Part shown: positions 1 to 9,767 of the stretch, one piece after another
Position numbering within the stretch: the first letter of the stretch is position 1
Layout of the letters: every line of letters begins with the position of its first letter
Assembly (NCBI GenBank): GCA_963796685.1
Contig: CAWCMR010000025.1
Location: 1,248,001-1,312,000 of the forward strand
Direction: 5' to 3'
DNA: 64,000 nt
From: an uncultured delta proteobacterium
GTDB lineage: Bacteria; Myxococcota_A; Polyangia; Fen-1088
Translations under genes and position numbers: made by a program
Notes under the pieces: model-generated
What the model was told of the DNA's origin: nothing
The model's input: the letters and a program-made list of their open reading frames with translations, nothing else
The model's database searches: none

Positions 1-1572
1 ACCCAGGCCGAAGCCGAAGCGCCAGCCAAACCACGGCATACACCCGGCACACGCATCGCGCGCGAAGCGTCCGGTGTCCGGTTTACCTCTGCGCAGAAGC
101 AATGGGTCGATGACTTCCTCAATAGATACCAGAAGCGATTCGCCCAGTCGAAGGTGATGACCCAACGCTACCGGAAGCGTCTTGCAGACCCTCGAACGGT
201 GTCCGGTTTCAATCCGGAGTGGAAAGAGATCGTGTTTCCCATCGTGGTGAAGGGATCCAAGGGTTCGAAGCTGTGGGACATCGACGGCAACGAGCTGATT
301 GACCTATCCAACGGTTTCGGACCGATATTCTTTGGTCACTCTCCAGAATTCGTCACGAAGGCAGTCAAGGAACAACTCGACATTGGGATCGAAACGGGCC
401 CTCAGTCGCCCATGGCTGGCGAAGTCGCGGAGTTGTTCTGTGAGTTGACGGGCCACGACCGCTGCTGCTTCGCCAACACCGGTTCAGAAACGGTCATTGG
501 GGCCGTTCGGCTGGCGCGCACGGTCACCGGCCGTCCCAAGGTGGTCATGTTCGAGGGAGACTACCACGGAATCTTCGATGAAGTCGTGGTTCGCCCAGGG
601 CGGGACCAGCAGGCACTGCCAGCCGCGCCCGGCATCAACCGAGAGGCAACCGCCAACATGTTGATCCTGCCGTGGGGGGATCCCAAGAGCATCGACATGA
701 TTCGGAAAATCGGCAAAGACCTGGCAGCGGTCTTGTGCGAGCCAGTGCAAAGTCGCAAGCCGGAGTTTCACAGCGCGGAGTACATCCAGCAACTCCGTCG
801 GGTGACAGAAGAGATCGGCGCAGCGTTGATTCTCGATGAAGTCGTTACGGGCTTCCGGGTTCACGCCGGAGGCATCCGCAAACGGTTCGACATTGACGCC
901 GACATGTGCTGCTACGGCAAGGTGGTCGGAGGCGGATACCCGATTGGCATCATTGGCGGCAAAGCCAAGTTCATGGACGCTCTGGACGGTGGACAGTGGC
1001 AATTCGGGGACACTTCGATTCCCGAGGTGGGGGTCACGTTCTTCGCTGGAACCTTCGTAAGACATCCTGCGGCCTTGGCCGCAGCCAGGGCGGTGCTGCT
1101 GAAGATCAAGGAGGGCGGAACGGGTCTCTACGACCAGATGGAGAAGAAGACCGCGGGCCTGGCTGCCGAGGCAAAGCGCTTCATCACCGAGATGAAGACC
1201 GAGGTGAAGCTGGAAGAGTTTTCATCGCTATTCTATCTCGCGGTACCTGCCAGCGCGCACTGGGGCCATCTGCTGTTTCTCATGATGACCTATGAGGGGA
1301 TTCACATTCAGCAGTACCGTCCAAGCTTCCTGACCACCGAACATGGTCCCGAGGATGTTCAGAAGATCCTCAAGGCGTTCAAGAATTCCTTGGCGCAGTT
1401 GATCCTTCAGGGGCTGATCGAAGGCGACGCAGCCGCCGCCAAAAAGTACCTCACCGGAAGCGGCGACATTCCCGCTGGCGCTCGACTGGGGAAGAACGCG
1501 CAGGGAGTGCCCGCGTACTTCATCGAAGACCCGAGCAACAAGGGGCAGTACATCGAGGTAGGCCGGCCATGA
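1..1572 (+). CDS. C-terminal part of a multidomain (probably hybrid PKS) protein ending in a class-III PLP aminotransferase domain; 5'-truncated by window
   Basis: Frame is open from base 1 (TQAEAEAPAKPRHTPGTRIARE...). Motifs WDIDGNELID, FEGDYHG, DEVVTGFR and YGKVVGGG (PLP Lys). C-terminal PAGARLGKNAQGVPAYFIEDP tail. Stop overlaps the NRPS start (ATGA). Confidence 0.85.
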   Translation, partial: TQAEAEAPAKPRHTPGTRIAREASGVRFTSAQKQWVDDFLNRYQKRFAQSKVMTQRYRKRLADPRTVSGFNPEWKEIVFPIVVKGSKGSKLWDIDGNELIDLSNGFGPIFFGHSPEFVTKAVKEQLDIGIETGPQSPMAGEVAELFCELTGHDRCCFANTGSETVIGAVRLARTVTGRPKVVMFEGDYHGIFDEVVVRPGRDQQALPAAPGINREATANMLILPWGDPKSIDMIRKIGKDLAAVLCEPVQSRKPEFHSAEYIQQLRRVTEEIGAALILDEVVTGFRVHAGGIRKRFDIDADMCCYGKVVGGGYPIGIIGGKAKFMDALDGGQWQFGDTSIPEVGVTFFAGTFVRHPAALAAARAVLLKIKEGGTGLYDQMEKKTAGLAAEAKRFITEMKTEVKLEEFSSLFYLAVPASAHWGHLLFLMMTYEGIHIQQYRPSFLTTEHGPEDVQKILKAFKNSLAQLILQGLIEGDAAAAKKYLTGSGDIPAGARLGKNAQGVPAYFIEDPSNKGQYIEVGRP

Positions 1573-4500
1573 GTGGCGAATTCAACCCCTTTGCCGCAGG
1601 CGAGATTCTTCGCCTGTGTCCGACCACGGCCCCGCAGCAGGAGATCATTGCATCGGCGCAGTTCGGTGACGAAGCGAATACCGCCTTCAACGAAGCCGTG
1701 TCTATTCGCATTGATGGTCCGCTGGATGTGGAGCTCTTGGGCCGATGCCTGGACGTCTTGGTGGATCGTCACGAGATGCTTCGGGCGACGTTCTCGCGCA
1801 ACGGGCGAGAGATCTGTCTGCAGTCTCTCCTGCGTCCCAAGCTGCAGGTAGAGGACTGGCGCGATCGCTCGGCGGAGCAGAAGACACAGGCGCTGGACGA
1901 CTTGTGGCGCAACATCGCCGTTTCCCCGATGAACATCGAGGAAGGGCCGCTGCTGTTTGCCTGGCTGTTGCAAATGGAAGAGCAGCGCCATGAACTGGTC
2001 ATTGCCGGTCATCACTTGGTTTGCGACGGTTGGTCATTCGGACTGCTGCTGAACGAACTGGCCAAGCTCTACCAGACCCAGGCGGATCTTACGCGCCTGC
2101 CTCCAAGTCAGTCCTTCTTCGAGTTTGCCGAGCAGAATGACCTGCAGCAGGTTCGCAATGCCGACATCGACTTCTGGCGCGAGCAGTTCCGTCAGCAATC
2201 CCCCGCGCTGGACTTGCCTCTGGATTTTCCGCGCCCGAAACAGCGAACCTTCGCGGCCCGCCGCCACGACTTTCGGATGAACGTCGACCTGGTGGCGGCT
2301 CTGCCAAAGGCGGCGGCGAAACTTAAAGCCAGCCTGGTTCACACGGTGTTGGCAGGGTACTTCGTCCTGCTCTCGCGGCTCACGAGGGCGCAAGACCTGG
2401 TGGTGGGCCTGCCCGTCGCTGGTCAAGTGGCCATGAAGCGGCCCAATCAATTGGGTCACATGGTACAGTTGTTGCCCATCCGCGTGCAGTTGGATGAAGA
2501 CACGCCCTTCTCCGATGTCGTTGCGCAGGTGAAAAGCCAGGTCTTGACAGCCAGCGAGCATCCGAACTTCACCTTCGGGAAGCTTATCGAAGGAATGCGG
2601 TTGGACCGGTCACGGGTTCCGCTCATCGCGACCCTTTTCAACATCGATCAGCCGATGGGGCAGATGGACTTCGGCGCCTGCAAGGGTCATCTGCGCACCA
2701 TCCCGCGGGCGGCGGAGAACTTCGAGTTGTTCCTGAACATTCTTCAGGACTCCGGCCAATTGACTATCGAGGCCACCTACTCAACGGCGCTGTTTGCCGA
2801 GGAAAGCGTTGTCAGCTGGTTGCATAGCTTGGAGAGCATCCTCGCGTGCGCCATCAATGCACCGACGACGAAGGTGGGGGACTTTGCCCTCTGTCGTCAG
2901 CTGAATGCAATCCAGATCCAGACCAACGAGACAAGGGTCGCCACCACGCATCCCGACCTTGTGCGAGCCTTCGCCGCACAGGTGCACGCAACGCCCGACG
3001 CCATGGCAGTCTGCACGTCCGAGACGGAACTGACCTATCGCCAGCTCGACGAGAGAAGCAACGCTTTGGCTGCGGCGCTGGCCAAACGCAACATTGGCCA
3101 GGGCTCCATCGTTGGCGTTTGTTGCGAGCGCAGCGAGCGGATGCTGACGGCCGTCATCGCGGTGATGAAGTGTGGCGCGGCCTACTTGCCGCTGGACCCT
3201 GACTTCCCATCCGAGCGATTGGTTTACATGCTCCAAGATTCCGGAGCACAGGCCGTGCTTGAGGATGACGTGGTGCCCGCGGCGGTCCGCGAGGTTCCGG
3301 TGGAGCACTTGCATTTGAAAATGCTCGACGAGCTGGCCCCGCTGGCCGAACACTCGTTGCCCCCTGCTGACCCGGACCGGCTGGCGTACATCATCTACAC
3401 CTCCGGATCGACCGGCAAGCCGAAGGGGGTACGAATCCAGAATCGCGCCATGGCCAACTTCCTGGAAAGCATGGTCCGAGAACCCGGCCTCAAGCCAGAG
3501 GACTGCTTGCTAGCGGTCACGACGCTGTCCTTCGACATCTCCGTGCTCGAGCTGTTTGGCCCGCTCGTTTCAGGTGCACGGGTGCTGATTGCCACGCGAG
3601 CCCAAGCGAAGGATGGCGAGCAGCTGGCCACGTTGCTGAGCCGTCATCGTGTGAGCATCCTGCAGGCGACGCCCGCAACGTGGCGAGTTCTGTTGGCAAG
3701 CACCTGGGCCAGCACGGTCGCAACCAAGCCCCTGCTTGCGCTGTGCGGAGGGGAGCCCTTGCCTCCCGATTTGATCGTCGAGCTGCTGCCACGGGTCCGG
3801 GAACTGTGGAACATGTTCGGACCCACCGAGACGACCGTTTGGTCCACCTGCAAGCGCATCACAAGCGCGACGACCTTGGTGACGGTGGGGAAGCCCATTG
3901 CGAACACGCAAGTCTACGTGTTGGACCGCAACAACCAGCCACTGCCCGTCTCCGTGCCCGGTGAGTTGTGCATCGGTGGCGATGGCGTGACCCTCGGATA
4001 CCACAATCGTCCCGAGCTGACAGCGCTGCGCTTTGTCGAGCTGGCCGGGATGGGTCGAATCTACAAGACGGGAGACTGGGCAAAGCAGCTTCCCAACGGC
4101 GAGATTCAACATCTGGGACGCCTGGACGATCAGGTGAAGGTGCGCGGCTACCGCATCGAGCTGGGAGAAATCGAAGCAGCGCTTAAAGGATGCGCATCCG
4201 TGCTATCCGCAGCCGTTTACCTGTGGGAAGTAGGCGCCCAGGATGTGCGGCTGGTGGCCTGCTGCGTGCCCGCCGACAGCGAGCTGGACACCTCGACAAT
4301 CCGCAAGCAATTGCGGGCAGTTCTGCCCGCTTACATGGTGCCCCAGTACCTGTTGGCAGTTGGGACGATTCCCCTTACCCCCAACGGCAAGGTCGACCGA
4401 CGCGCCTTGCCCAGACCCGAACTAGCGGAATCCAAGATTCTGGGCCGGTCCGAGCTTCGGGGCCCTGCGGAATCCCTGATCGCCGAGGTTTGGACAGGCC

Positions 4501-6041
4501 TGCTTCGTCCCACGAACCCCATCGGCAGGGACGACAACTTCTTCGAGGTTGGCGGTCATTCGTTGCTGGCCCTGGAGGCCATTCGCCAGATCGAGAGCCA
4601 GAGCGGAACGCGGCTGACACCCGCCGAGATCGTTTCCGAGAGACTGAGCTCGCTCGCCGAGAAGCTGGATTCAAGCAAGCAACAGTTGGCGCAAGATGGC
4701 CCCGTGGCACTGTCTGGCGGCGAACAGCGTCAGCTGTCACCCGAGCAACTGCGCATCCTGAAACGCCAGCTGGATTACCCGCACGCCGTCTGCAACAACC
4801 TGCCCGCGGCGTGGTTCATTACCGGGGATCTGGACGTCAAGATGTTCAGTCGAAGCCTCCAGAAGGTGATGGAACGGCAAACGGCGTTGCGGACCATGTT
4901 TCAAGGAAGCGAGGGGGCCTACCGGCAGGTACTGGTTCATCACCAGGACCTGAACCTGCCTGACTATGTCGACTGCAGGAACGAGGCGGACCCTTCGGCG
5001 GCGGCCCAAGAGGATGCCCGAAAACTTGCCGCCCAGCCTTTCCACGTTCTCAATCAGATACTCTTCCGGGCTCGGCTCTATCATGTGACCGACAAGGAAT
5101 ACCTGTTCTTGGTCGTCCCCCACCAACTGGTCTTCGATGGGTGGTCGTTCGATTTGCTGCTCGGAGAACTGCGAGACACCTACACGGCGATGCGCCAGGG
5201 CAAGATGCCGACCCTGTCGGCTCTGCCTTTCGAGTACCGCGACTACGCCCACTGGCAGGCGAAACGAACACCCGAAGCCAAGAACCTGGCGTTTCACCGC
5301 CGGGCGCTGCCCCTGATGGTGGACACGCCGGTGGAACGTGGGAGCGCCGGGCGTAAGACATGGAAACTCGACCTGGACGCCTTGACACGGATCGAGCAGT
5401 TTTGCGAGCAGAACCGTTTGCGCCTGCACGAGTACTTCTTCTCCGCCGTCGTGGCGGTGTTTTCCAGCTGGCGTCGCCAGGGCAAGGTGAGTGTGGGGCT
5501 CCCGGTGACCGGGCGCTACAGCCCAGAAGTGATCGGTCAGATCGGATCTTTCGTATCGTTGTTGCCTTGCGAGCTCACGCCGGCTGGCGCGACCTTCGCA
5601 AACCAAGCCAGCCACCTGTCCGGCCAGATCAAGACTTTCCTCGAACACCAGGACCTGACCTTGGGTGACTTGCTCGCGGGCAATCCGCTGTCTCGCCATG
5701 CCTTCCTTGACTTCATGGAAGTCAGCCTAGGCTTCCAGGACATCCGCAATCGACCCACCCAACTCGCCGGGCTGGGACTTCGCCAGATCGATATGCCCCG
5801 CGAGCAAACCGAGCTGCCTTGCGAGTTTTGGGTCCGGGTTCAACCCGACGGATTTGTTGCTGTCATGGACTACGACAGTTCCCGCCATGATGAGGTGAGT
5901 TTGGGACAACTCGACAGCATCCTCGCGCCCTACCTGGCGGGACATCCCGAACAGGTGCCAATGCGTACGGAAACATCGACCGAGCGAACCAATTCGCCAG
6001 ACGATAGAAGGAAACCGCTGTGGCGTCGCTTGTTTAGCTAG
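1569..6041 (+). CDS. Single-module NRPS, C-A-T-C, A domain predicted glycine-specific
   Basis: C1 HHLVCDG; A-domain cores YTSGSTGKPKG, FDISVLE, GPTETTVW, YKTGD, PLTPNGKVDR; T domain FFEVGGHSLL; C2 PHQLVFDG. Hand-read code is about DILQLGMVWK. Confidence 0.93.
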   Translation: MSGEFNPFAAGEILRLCPTTAPQQEIIASAQFGDEANTAFNEAVSIRIDGPLDVELLGRCLDVLVDRHEMLRATFSRNGREICLQSLLRPKLQVEDWRDRSAEQKTQALDDLWRNIAVSPMNIEEGPLLFAWLLQMEEQRHELVIAGHHLVCDGWSFGLLLNELAKLYQTQADLTRLPPSQSFFEFAEQNDLQQVRNADIDFWREQFRQQSPALDLPLDFPRPKQRTFAARRHDFRMNVDLVAALPKAAAKLKASLVHTVLAGYFVLLSRLTRAQDLVVGLPVAGQVAMKRPNQLGHMVQLLPIRVQLDEDTPFSDVVAQVKSQVLTASEHPNFTFGKLIEGMRLDRSRVPLIATLFNIDQPMGQMDFGACKGHLRTIPRAAENFELFLNILQDSGQLTIEATYSTALFAEESVVSWLHSLESILACAINAPTTKVGDFALCRQLNAIQIQTNETRVATTHPDLVRAFAAQVHATPDAMAVCTSETELTYRQLDERSNALAAALAKRNIGQGSIVGVCCERSERMLTAVIAVMKCGAAYLPLDPDFPSERLVYMLQDSGAQAVLEDDVVPAAVREVPVEHLHLKMLDELAPLAEHSLPPADPDRLAYIIYTSGSTGKPKGVRIQNRAMANFLESMVREPGLKPEDCLLAVTTLSFDISVLELFGPLVSGARVLIATRAQAKDGEQLATLLSRHRVSILQATPATWRVLLASTWASTVATKPLLALCGGEPLPPDLIVELLPRVRELWNMFGPTETTVWSTCKRITSATTLVTVGKPIANTQVYVLDRNNQPLPVSVPGELCIGGDGVTLGYHNRPELTALRFVELAGMGRIYKTGDWAKQLPNGEIQHLGRLDDQVKVRGYRIELGEIEAALKGCASVLSAAVYLWEVGAQDVRLVACCVPADSELDTSTIRKQLRAVLPAYMVPQYLLAVGTIPLTPNGKVDRRALPRPELAESKILGRSELRGPAESLIAEVWTGLLRPTNPIGRDDNFFEVGGHSLLALEAIRQIESQSGTRLTPAEIVSERLSSLAEKLDSSKQQLAQDGPVALSGGEQRQLSPEQLRILKRQLDYPHAVCNNLPAAWFITGDLDVKMFSRSLQKVMERQTALRTMFQGSEGAYRQVLVHHQDLNLPDYVDCRNEADPSAAAQEDARKLAAQPFHVLNQILFRARLYHVTDKEYLFLVVPHQLVFDGWSFDLLLGELRDTYTAMRQGKMPTLSALPFEYRDYAHWQAKRTPEAKNLAFHRRALPLMVDTPVERGSAGRKTWKLDLDALTRIEQFCEQNRLRLHEYFFSAVVAVFSSWRRQGKVSVGLPVTGRYSPEVIGQIGSFVSLLPCELTPAGATFANQASHLSGQIKTFLEHQDLTLGDLLAGNPLSRHAFLDFMEVSLGFQDIRNRPTQLAGLGLRQIDMPREQTELPCEFWVRVQPDGFVAVMDYDSSRHDEVSLGQLDSILAPYLAGHPEQVPMRTETSTERTNSPDDRRKPLWRRLFS

Positions 6042-6053
6042 CTCTAGTGCAGC

Positions 6054-6170
6054 ATGTTTGAAGCCAACTTCTTCGACAACGGTCGACTGTTCGACATGTA
6101 CCATCCGGGCGGAAGACGCGGAAGTGATCGCTTGCTGAGGTTTGGGCAAGGGACCAGCTGTCGCAATCTA
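6054..6170 (+). pseudogene. 5' remnant of an alpha/beta hydrolase paralogous to 14939..15667
   Basis: Translates MFEANFFDNGRLFDMYHPGGRRGSDRLL versus MLEAAFFSKGRLFGCYHPAHDIASDRLL, then diverges and stops. Confidence 0.75.
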
Positions 6171-6202
6171 GTTCCGGCGGAAAGTCCGCCTGAAGCATCG
6201 CG

Positions 6203-8047
6203 ATGAGACGGCGATTCTGGTACGTTCTGGCCAGCGGGGCGGTCGTGGTGGCGGCCGCCGTGTGCTCGAGAAGCTTGGTGCGGGCGGCGAAGGATCTGAC
6301 GCTGGGCTGGTGGACGGGGATTGGACGCAACTCGCGCATTAGAATCCAAATGCGCGACGGCGTACGCTTGGGCGCGACGTTGTACCTGCCCAAGTCCTTC
6401 GAAAAGCCCCTGCCCGCGATCTTGATCCGGACCACCTACGGCGACATGGACTTCGCAACTATCCAGTCCTTCGTTTCGCACGGCTATGCCGTTCTTCTGG
6501 AGGACGTTCGCGGGCGCTATCGTTCCGAGGGCGAGTACCGTTCGCCCTACCACCGAACCAAAGAGGACGGGTACGACACGATTGACTGGATTGTGCGCCA
6601 GCCCTGGTCCAACCAGCGGGTCGGGACGTTCGGTTGTTCCTATCTCGGCGAGAACCAGATCATGCTTGCCAGTGCCCGTCACCCAAATCATGTCGCCATG
6701 ATTGCCTCGGGTTCGGGCGGCGCGGCAGGCAAGGCGAGAAAGAGCTACGGGTATTTCGGGGTGTTCGAGAACGGGGTCCTGAATCAAGCCTCCGCGCTCG
6801 GTTGGTTCACAGCTCAGGGGCGACCTGATCAGCGAATTCCACGCCGCCCGGCAGACTACCCCGAGCGAACGCGACAAAGCATGAGCGCACTTCCCGTGAC
6901 CGACTTGGGTCGTCTTCTGGTGGGGGTCAAGACTGGCTTCGACGATTTCACGCGGCACCCACTGACCGATACCTGGTGGGACGAGCAGGGCTACATCGGG
7001 CCACAGGATCGATTTTCCGCTGCCACGCTCCATGTGAACAGTTGGTATGATCAGACGGTGCAGGGGACTTTCGACCTCGCGGATACCATGCGTGAGAATG
7101 CGGAAGGAACCGGCGCGCTATCGCAACACGTTCTGATCGACCCGGGACTACATTGCCGCATGGACGACAACCCCAGCGGGCGCCTGACAGTCGGGGAGAT
7201 GGCGTTTGATTATCAGACGCTGGACTTCCGGAAGATCTATCTCGATTGGTTCGACCACTGGCTAAAGCAAGAGGCCAAACCGCTGCCTCCGAACTACCAA
7301 TTCTTTCTCATCCATGGCAACCAGTGGCGCACCAGCGAAACCTGGCCCCCACCAGGAACCCAACGTCACGGTCTTTACTTCGGCCCCGGCACGCTGCAGG
7401 CTCGACCTGACCAGGCCTCTTCCACGCAAGAGTACGACTACGACCCGCGCAATCCGGTTCCCTCCATGGGTGGTGCGCTCTGCTGCACGTACACCGGAAA
7501 CGAGCTGGCGGGGGCCGTGGATCAGTCAGCTCTCGCCGGACGTCCCGACATCTTGACCTACGCAAGCGATCCGGTCGGGCGTGACCTCGACATCATCGGA
7601 AACCCATCCGTCGACCTGTATGTATCGACGGACGGTTCGGACACGGATTTTACCGTCAAGCTGCTGGACATCGACCCTGTCGGGAAGGCATTCAACATTC
7701 AAGACGGCGTAAGCCGCTTGCGCTATCGCAATGGTGTAGACCACCCTGAGCTTGCGCAGCCCGGTGAAATCTACAAGATCACAATCAATCTTCGGCCAGT
7801 AGCCTTTCGCGTGCAGCAGGGCCATCGGGTGGGCCTTCATGTTTCGAGCAGCAATTTTCCTCGCCTGGCAAGGAATCTGAACACCGGCGAAGACGAGTAT
7901 AGGGACGCCCGGATAAGGGTCGCTCACAATCGGGTCTTTGTAGGGCATGACCACCCCTCGGTGGTATGGATTCCCACCGCCTCGGCAGAGGCATTGGCTC
8001 CTCTTCACGATCCTCCTCGGCACGAGAGTACGTCAGGATCGCGGTAG
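6203..8047 (+). CDS. CocE/NonD family (peptidase S15-like) serine hydrolase with N-terminal signal/anchor
   Basis: IQMRDGVRL, RTTY, DVRGRYRSEG, GCSYLG nucleophile, C-terminal SSSNFPR PepX_C-type domain. Confidence 0.9.
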   Translation: MRRRFWYVLASGAVVVAAAVCSRSLVRAAKDLTLGWWTGIGRNSRIRIQMRDGVRLGATLYLPKSFEKPLPAILIRTTYGDMDFATIQSFVSHGYAVLLEDVRGRYRSEGEYRSPYHRTKEDGYDTIDWIVRQPWSNQRVGTFGCSYLGENQIMLASARHPNHVAMIASGSGGAAGKARKSYGYFGVFENGVLNQASALGWFTAQGRPDQRIPRRPADYPERTRQSMSALPVTDLGRLLVGVKTGFDDFTRHPLTDTWWDEQGYIGPQDRFSAATLHVNSWYDQTVQGTFDLADTMRENAEGTGALSQHVLIDPGLHCRMDDNPSGRLTVGEMAFDYQTLDFRKIYLDWFDHWLKQEAKPLPPNYQFFLIHGNQWRTSETWPPPGTQRHGLYFGPGTLQARPDQASSTQEYDYDPRNPVPSMGGALCCTYTGNELAGAVDQSALAGRPDILTYASDPVGRDLDIIGNPSVDLYVSTDGSDTDFTVKLLDIDPVGKAFNIQDGVSRLRYRNGVDHPELAQPGEIYKITINLRPVAFRVQQGHRVGLHVSSSNFPRLARNLNTGEDEYRDARIRVAHNRVFVGHDHPSVVWIPTASAEALAPLHDPPRHESTSGSR

Positions 8048-8133
8048 GACAGTCCTTGCTCGACTATGACTCGGATAGACCCTGGGCGGTCGCACACGAC
8101 TCCGCACCGATCCTGTGTATCCGCTGCTACAAC

Positions 8134-8271
8134 CCCGAGAAGTACCTTCAAGGCTTGCCGCTGTACCGACTCGAAGACCGCTACGGCCGCGAAGGCGCGC
8201 CCATCGATCGAGGCACCATGTGCCGCTGGCTTGAAGATGTTGGCGTCATGGCGGGTGTCACCGCAGGTTGA
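8134..8271 (+). mobile_element. IS66-family TnpC transposase fragment (scar)
   Basis: EKYLQGLPLYRLEDRYGREGAPIDRGTMCRW matches the IS66 KY..LPLYR...R.G..I.R.T...W motif. No ends or remainder visible. Confidence 0.7.
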
Positions 8272-8697
8272 TCCCCTTGGTTGACGCGGATTGTTGCGGA
8301 AGGACGGGCCCACTCATGATTCTGCAGAGTACTGCGGCCGCGACCGATTTCAGCGAGCCCGAACCGAGAATTGCCCCCTACGATCGGGCCATTCCTAGAG
8401 ATAAGTGATGGAACGCTGTGCGATGTCGCCAGTGAGCTGGTGACAACCCAAGGCCGACGCCAGCATCGACCGGACCTGACACGAGAACGTCCACCATAGG
8501 GAACACAAATCTTTCCGAATTGGCGTTCAGACAAACACACGCCCAACAGTGGGTGCGTAAGAGAGAACGCTTTTCGATTGCCCTTGCGCCCTCGAGGAGC
8601 CACGATCTCACAAGGTGTTATGCGTTAGGTGCAATTCAAGGAGTGGTGGGTGCTGATCGTCATTCAACTAGCAGGCAGGCAAGGGGAGGAAATAGCA

Positions 8698-9696
8698 ATG
8701 AGGATTGCTAGGTTCATTTTGTCGCGAGGTCTAGTTTTCGCTGGTTTTGGGCTGATGCTTCTCGCGGTCCTACTTGGCGGAAGCTGCCGGACAAGTTCCC
8801 CAGTTTCGAAGTTCACGAGCCCACCGGATGGAAGCGGCGGGGGAGGGACAGGCACGTCCGATGCGCAAGGCACCGGGGGTTTGGCGTCGACAGGTGGCAG
8901 CGTGACAAGCACTTCGGTAGCCATGTCCGGCTGCTCGGCGACAGGACAAGCCACTGGTGATCTGCATTTCTCGACCAAGGACGGACGCGGCAGGGCCCGC
9001 GACTATGAAGTTCTCGTTCCGGTGACCTATTCGTCCGGTGTTCCGCTCGCCGTTACGTTCCATTTCCATGGCGCAGGAGGAACCGAGGCAGGGGCCAAAA
9101 ACGATGGGCTGCAAAACGCGACTGGAGCAGCTGCCAACTCAATTTTCGTGTTTCCGCAGGGCGTTCAGTTCGGCAGCTACGGCGTTGGTTGGGACGACTC
9201 CTGCTCGGGCTACGACGTCGTGTTCTTCGACAACATGGTGGCGGATCTGCAGGGCAAATACTGTGTCGATCCTAACCGACTCTACGTGTCGGGATTTTCA
9301 TGGGGCTGCGATTTCGTGACGGCTTTGGTGTGTTGTCGCGGCAACCGGCTACGCGGGGTCGCGGCCGCGTCGTGCAGCGACGAATTCAGCGACTCTGCCA
9401 ACTACCAAACCTACGCGAATTATCCTTGCCCGGCTGCCAATGCCGCCGCGATTCGTTTCACGCACGACGTGAGTAGCGATGGTGCGTATACCGCCCAGCA
9501 ATTCGCGTCGACGGGTCAGCTTTACCGATCGCTCAGCTCTTGCTCGGCAACATCATCGCCCACGTCACCTTCGCCCTGCGTCTCCTATCAAAGCTGCAAG
9601 AATCCCGTGGTTGAATGTGGATACTCCGGAATTGGACATGCCTTGCCGCCCAATTGGGCCAGCGATACCTGGAATTTCTTCAGCCAGCTTCGCTGA
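8698..9696 (+). CDS. Secreted lipoprotein esterase (PHB-depolymerase/feruloyl-esterase-like alpha/beta hydrolase)
   Basis: GGAGGA RBS, lipobox-like LLGGSC, G/S/T linker, FHGAGG, VFPQG, GFSWG nucleophile, late GH catalytic His. Confidence 0.8.
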   Translation: MRIARFILSRGLVFAGFGLMLLAVLLGGSCRTSSPVSKFTSPPDGSGGGGTGTSDAQGTGGLASTGGSVTSTSVAMSGCSATGQATGDLHFSTKDGRGRARDYEVLVPVTYSSGVPLAVTFHFHGAGGTEAGAKNDGLQNATGAAANSIFVFPQGVQFGSYGVGWDDSCSGYDVVFFDNMVADLQGKYCVDPNRLYVSGFSWGCDFVTALVCCRGNRLRGVAAASCSDEFSDSANYQTYANYPCPAANAAAIRFTHDVSSDGAYTAQQFASTGQLYRSLSSCSATSSPTSPSPCVSYQSCKNPVVECGYSGIGHALPPNWASDTWNFFSQLR

Positions 9697-9767
9697 GTGG
9701 ATGCAGCGGCACAAAGTTACGCGCCCTTGCTTGTCGATGGTGTCGAATCGAGTGGCGCCAACCCTTA

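Noticed and set aside
154-1572. Standalone glutamate-1-semialdehyde aminomutase (hemL)
   Set aside because: The frame extends beyond the window start, has an extra C-terminal tail, and is coupled to an NRPS.
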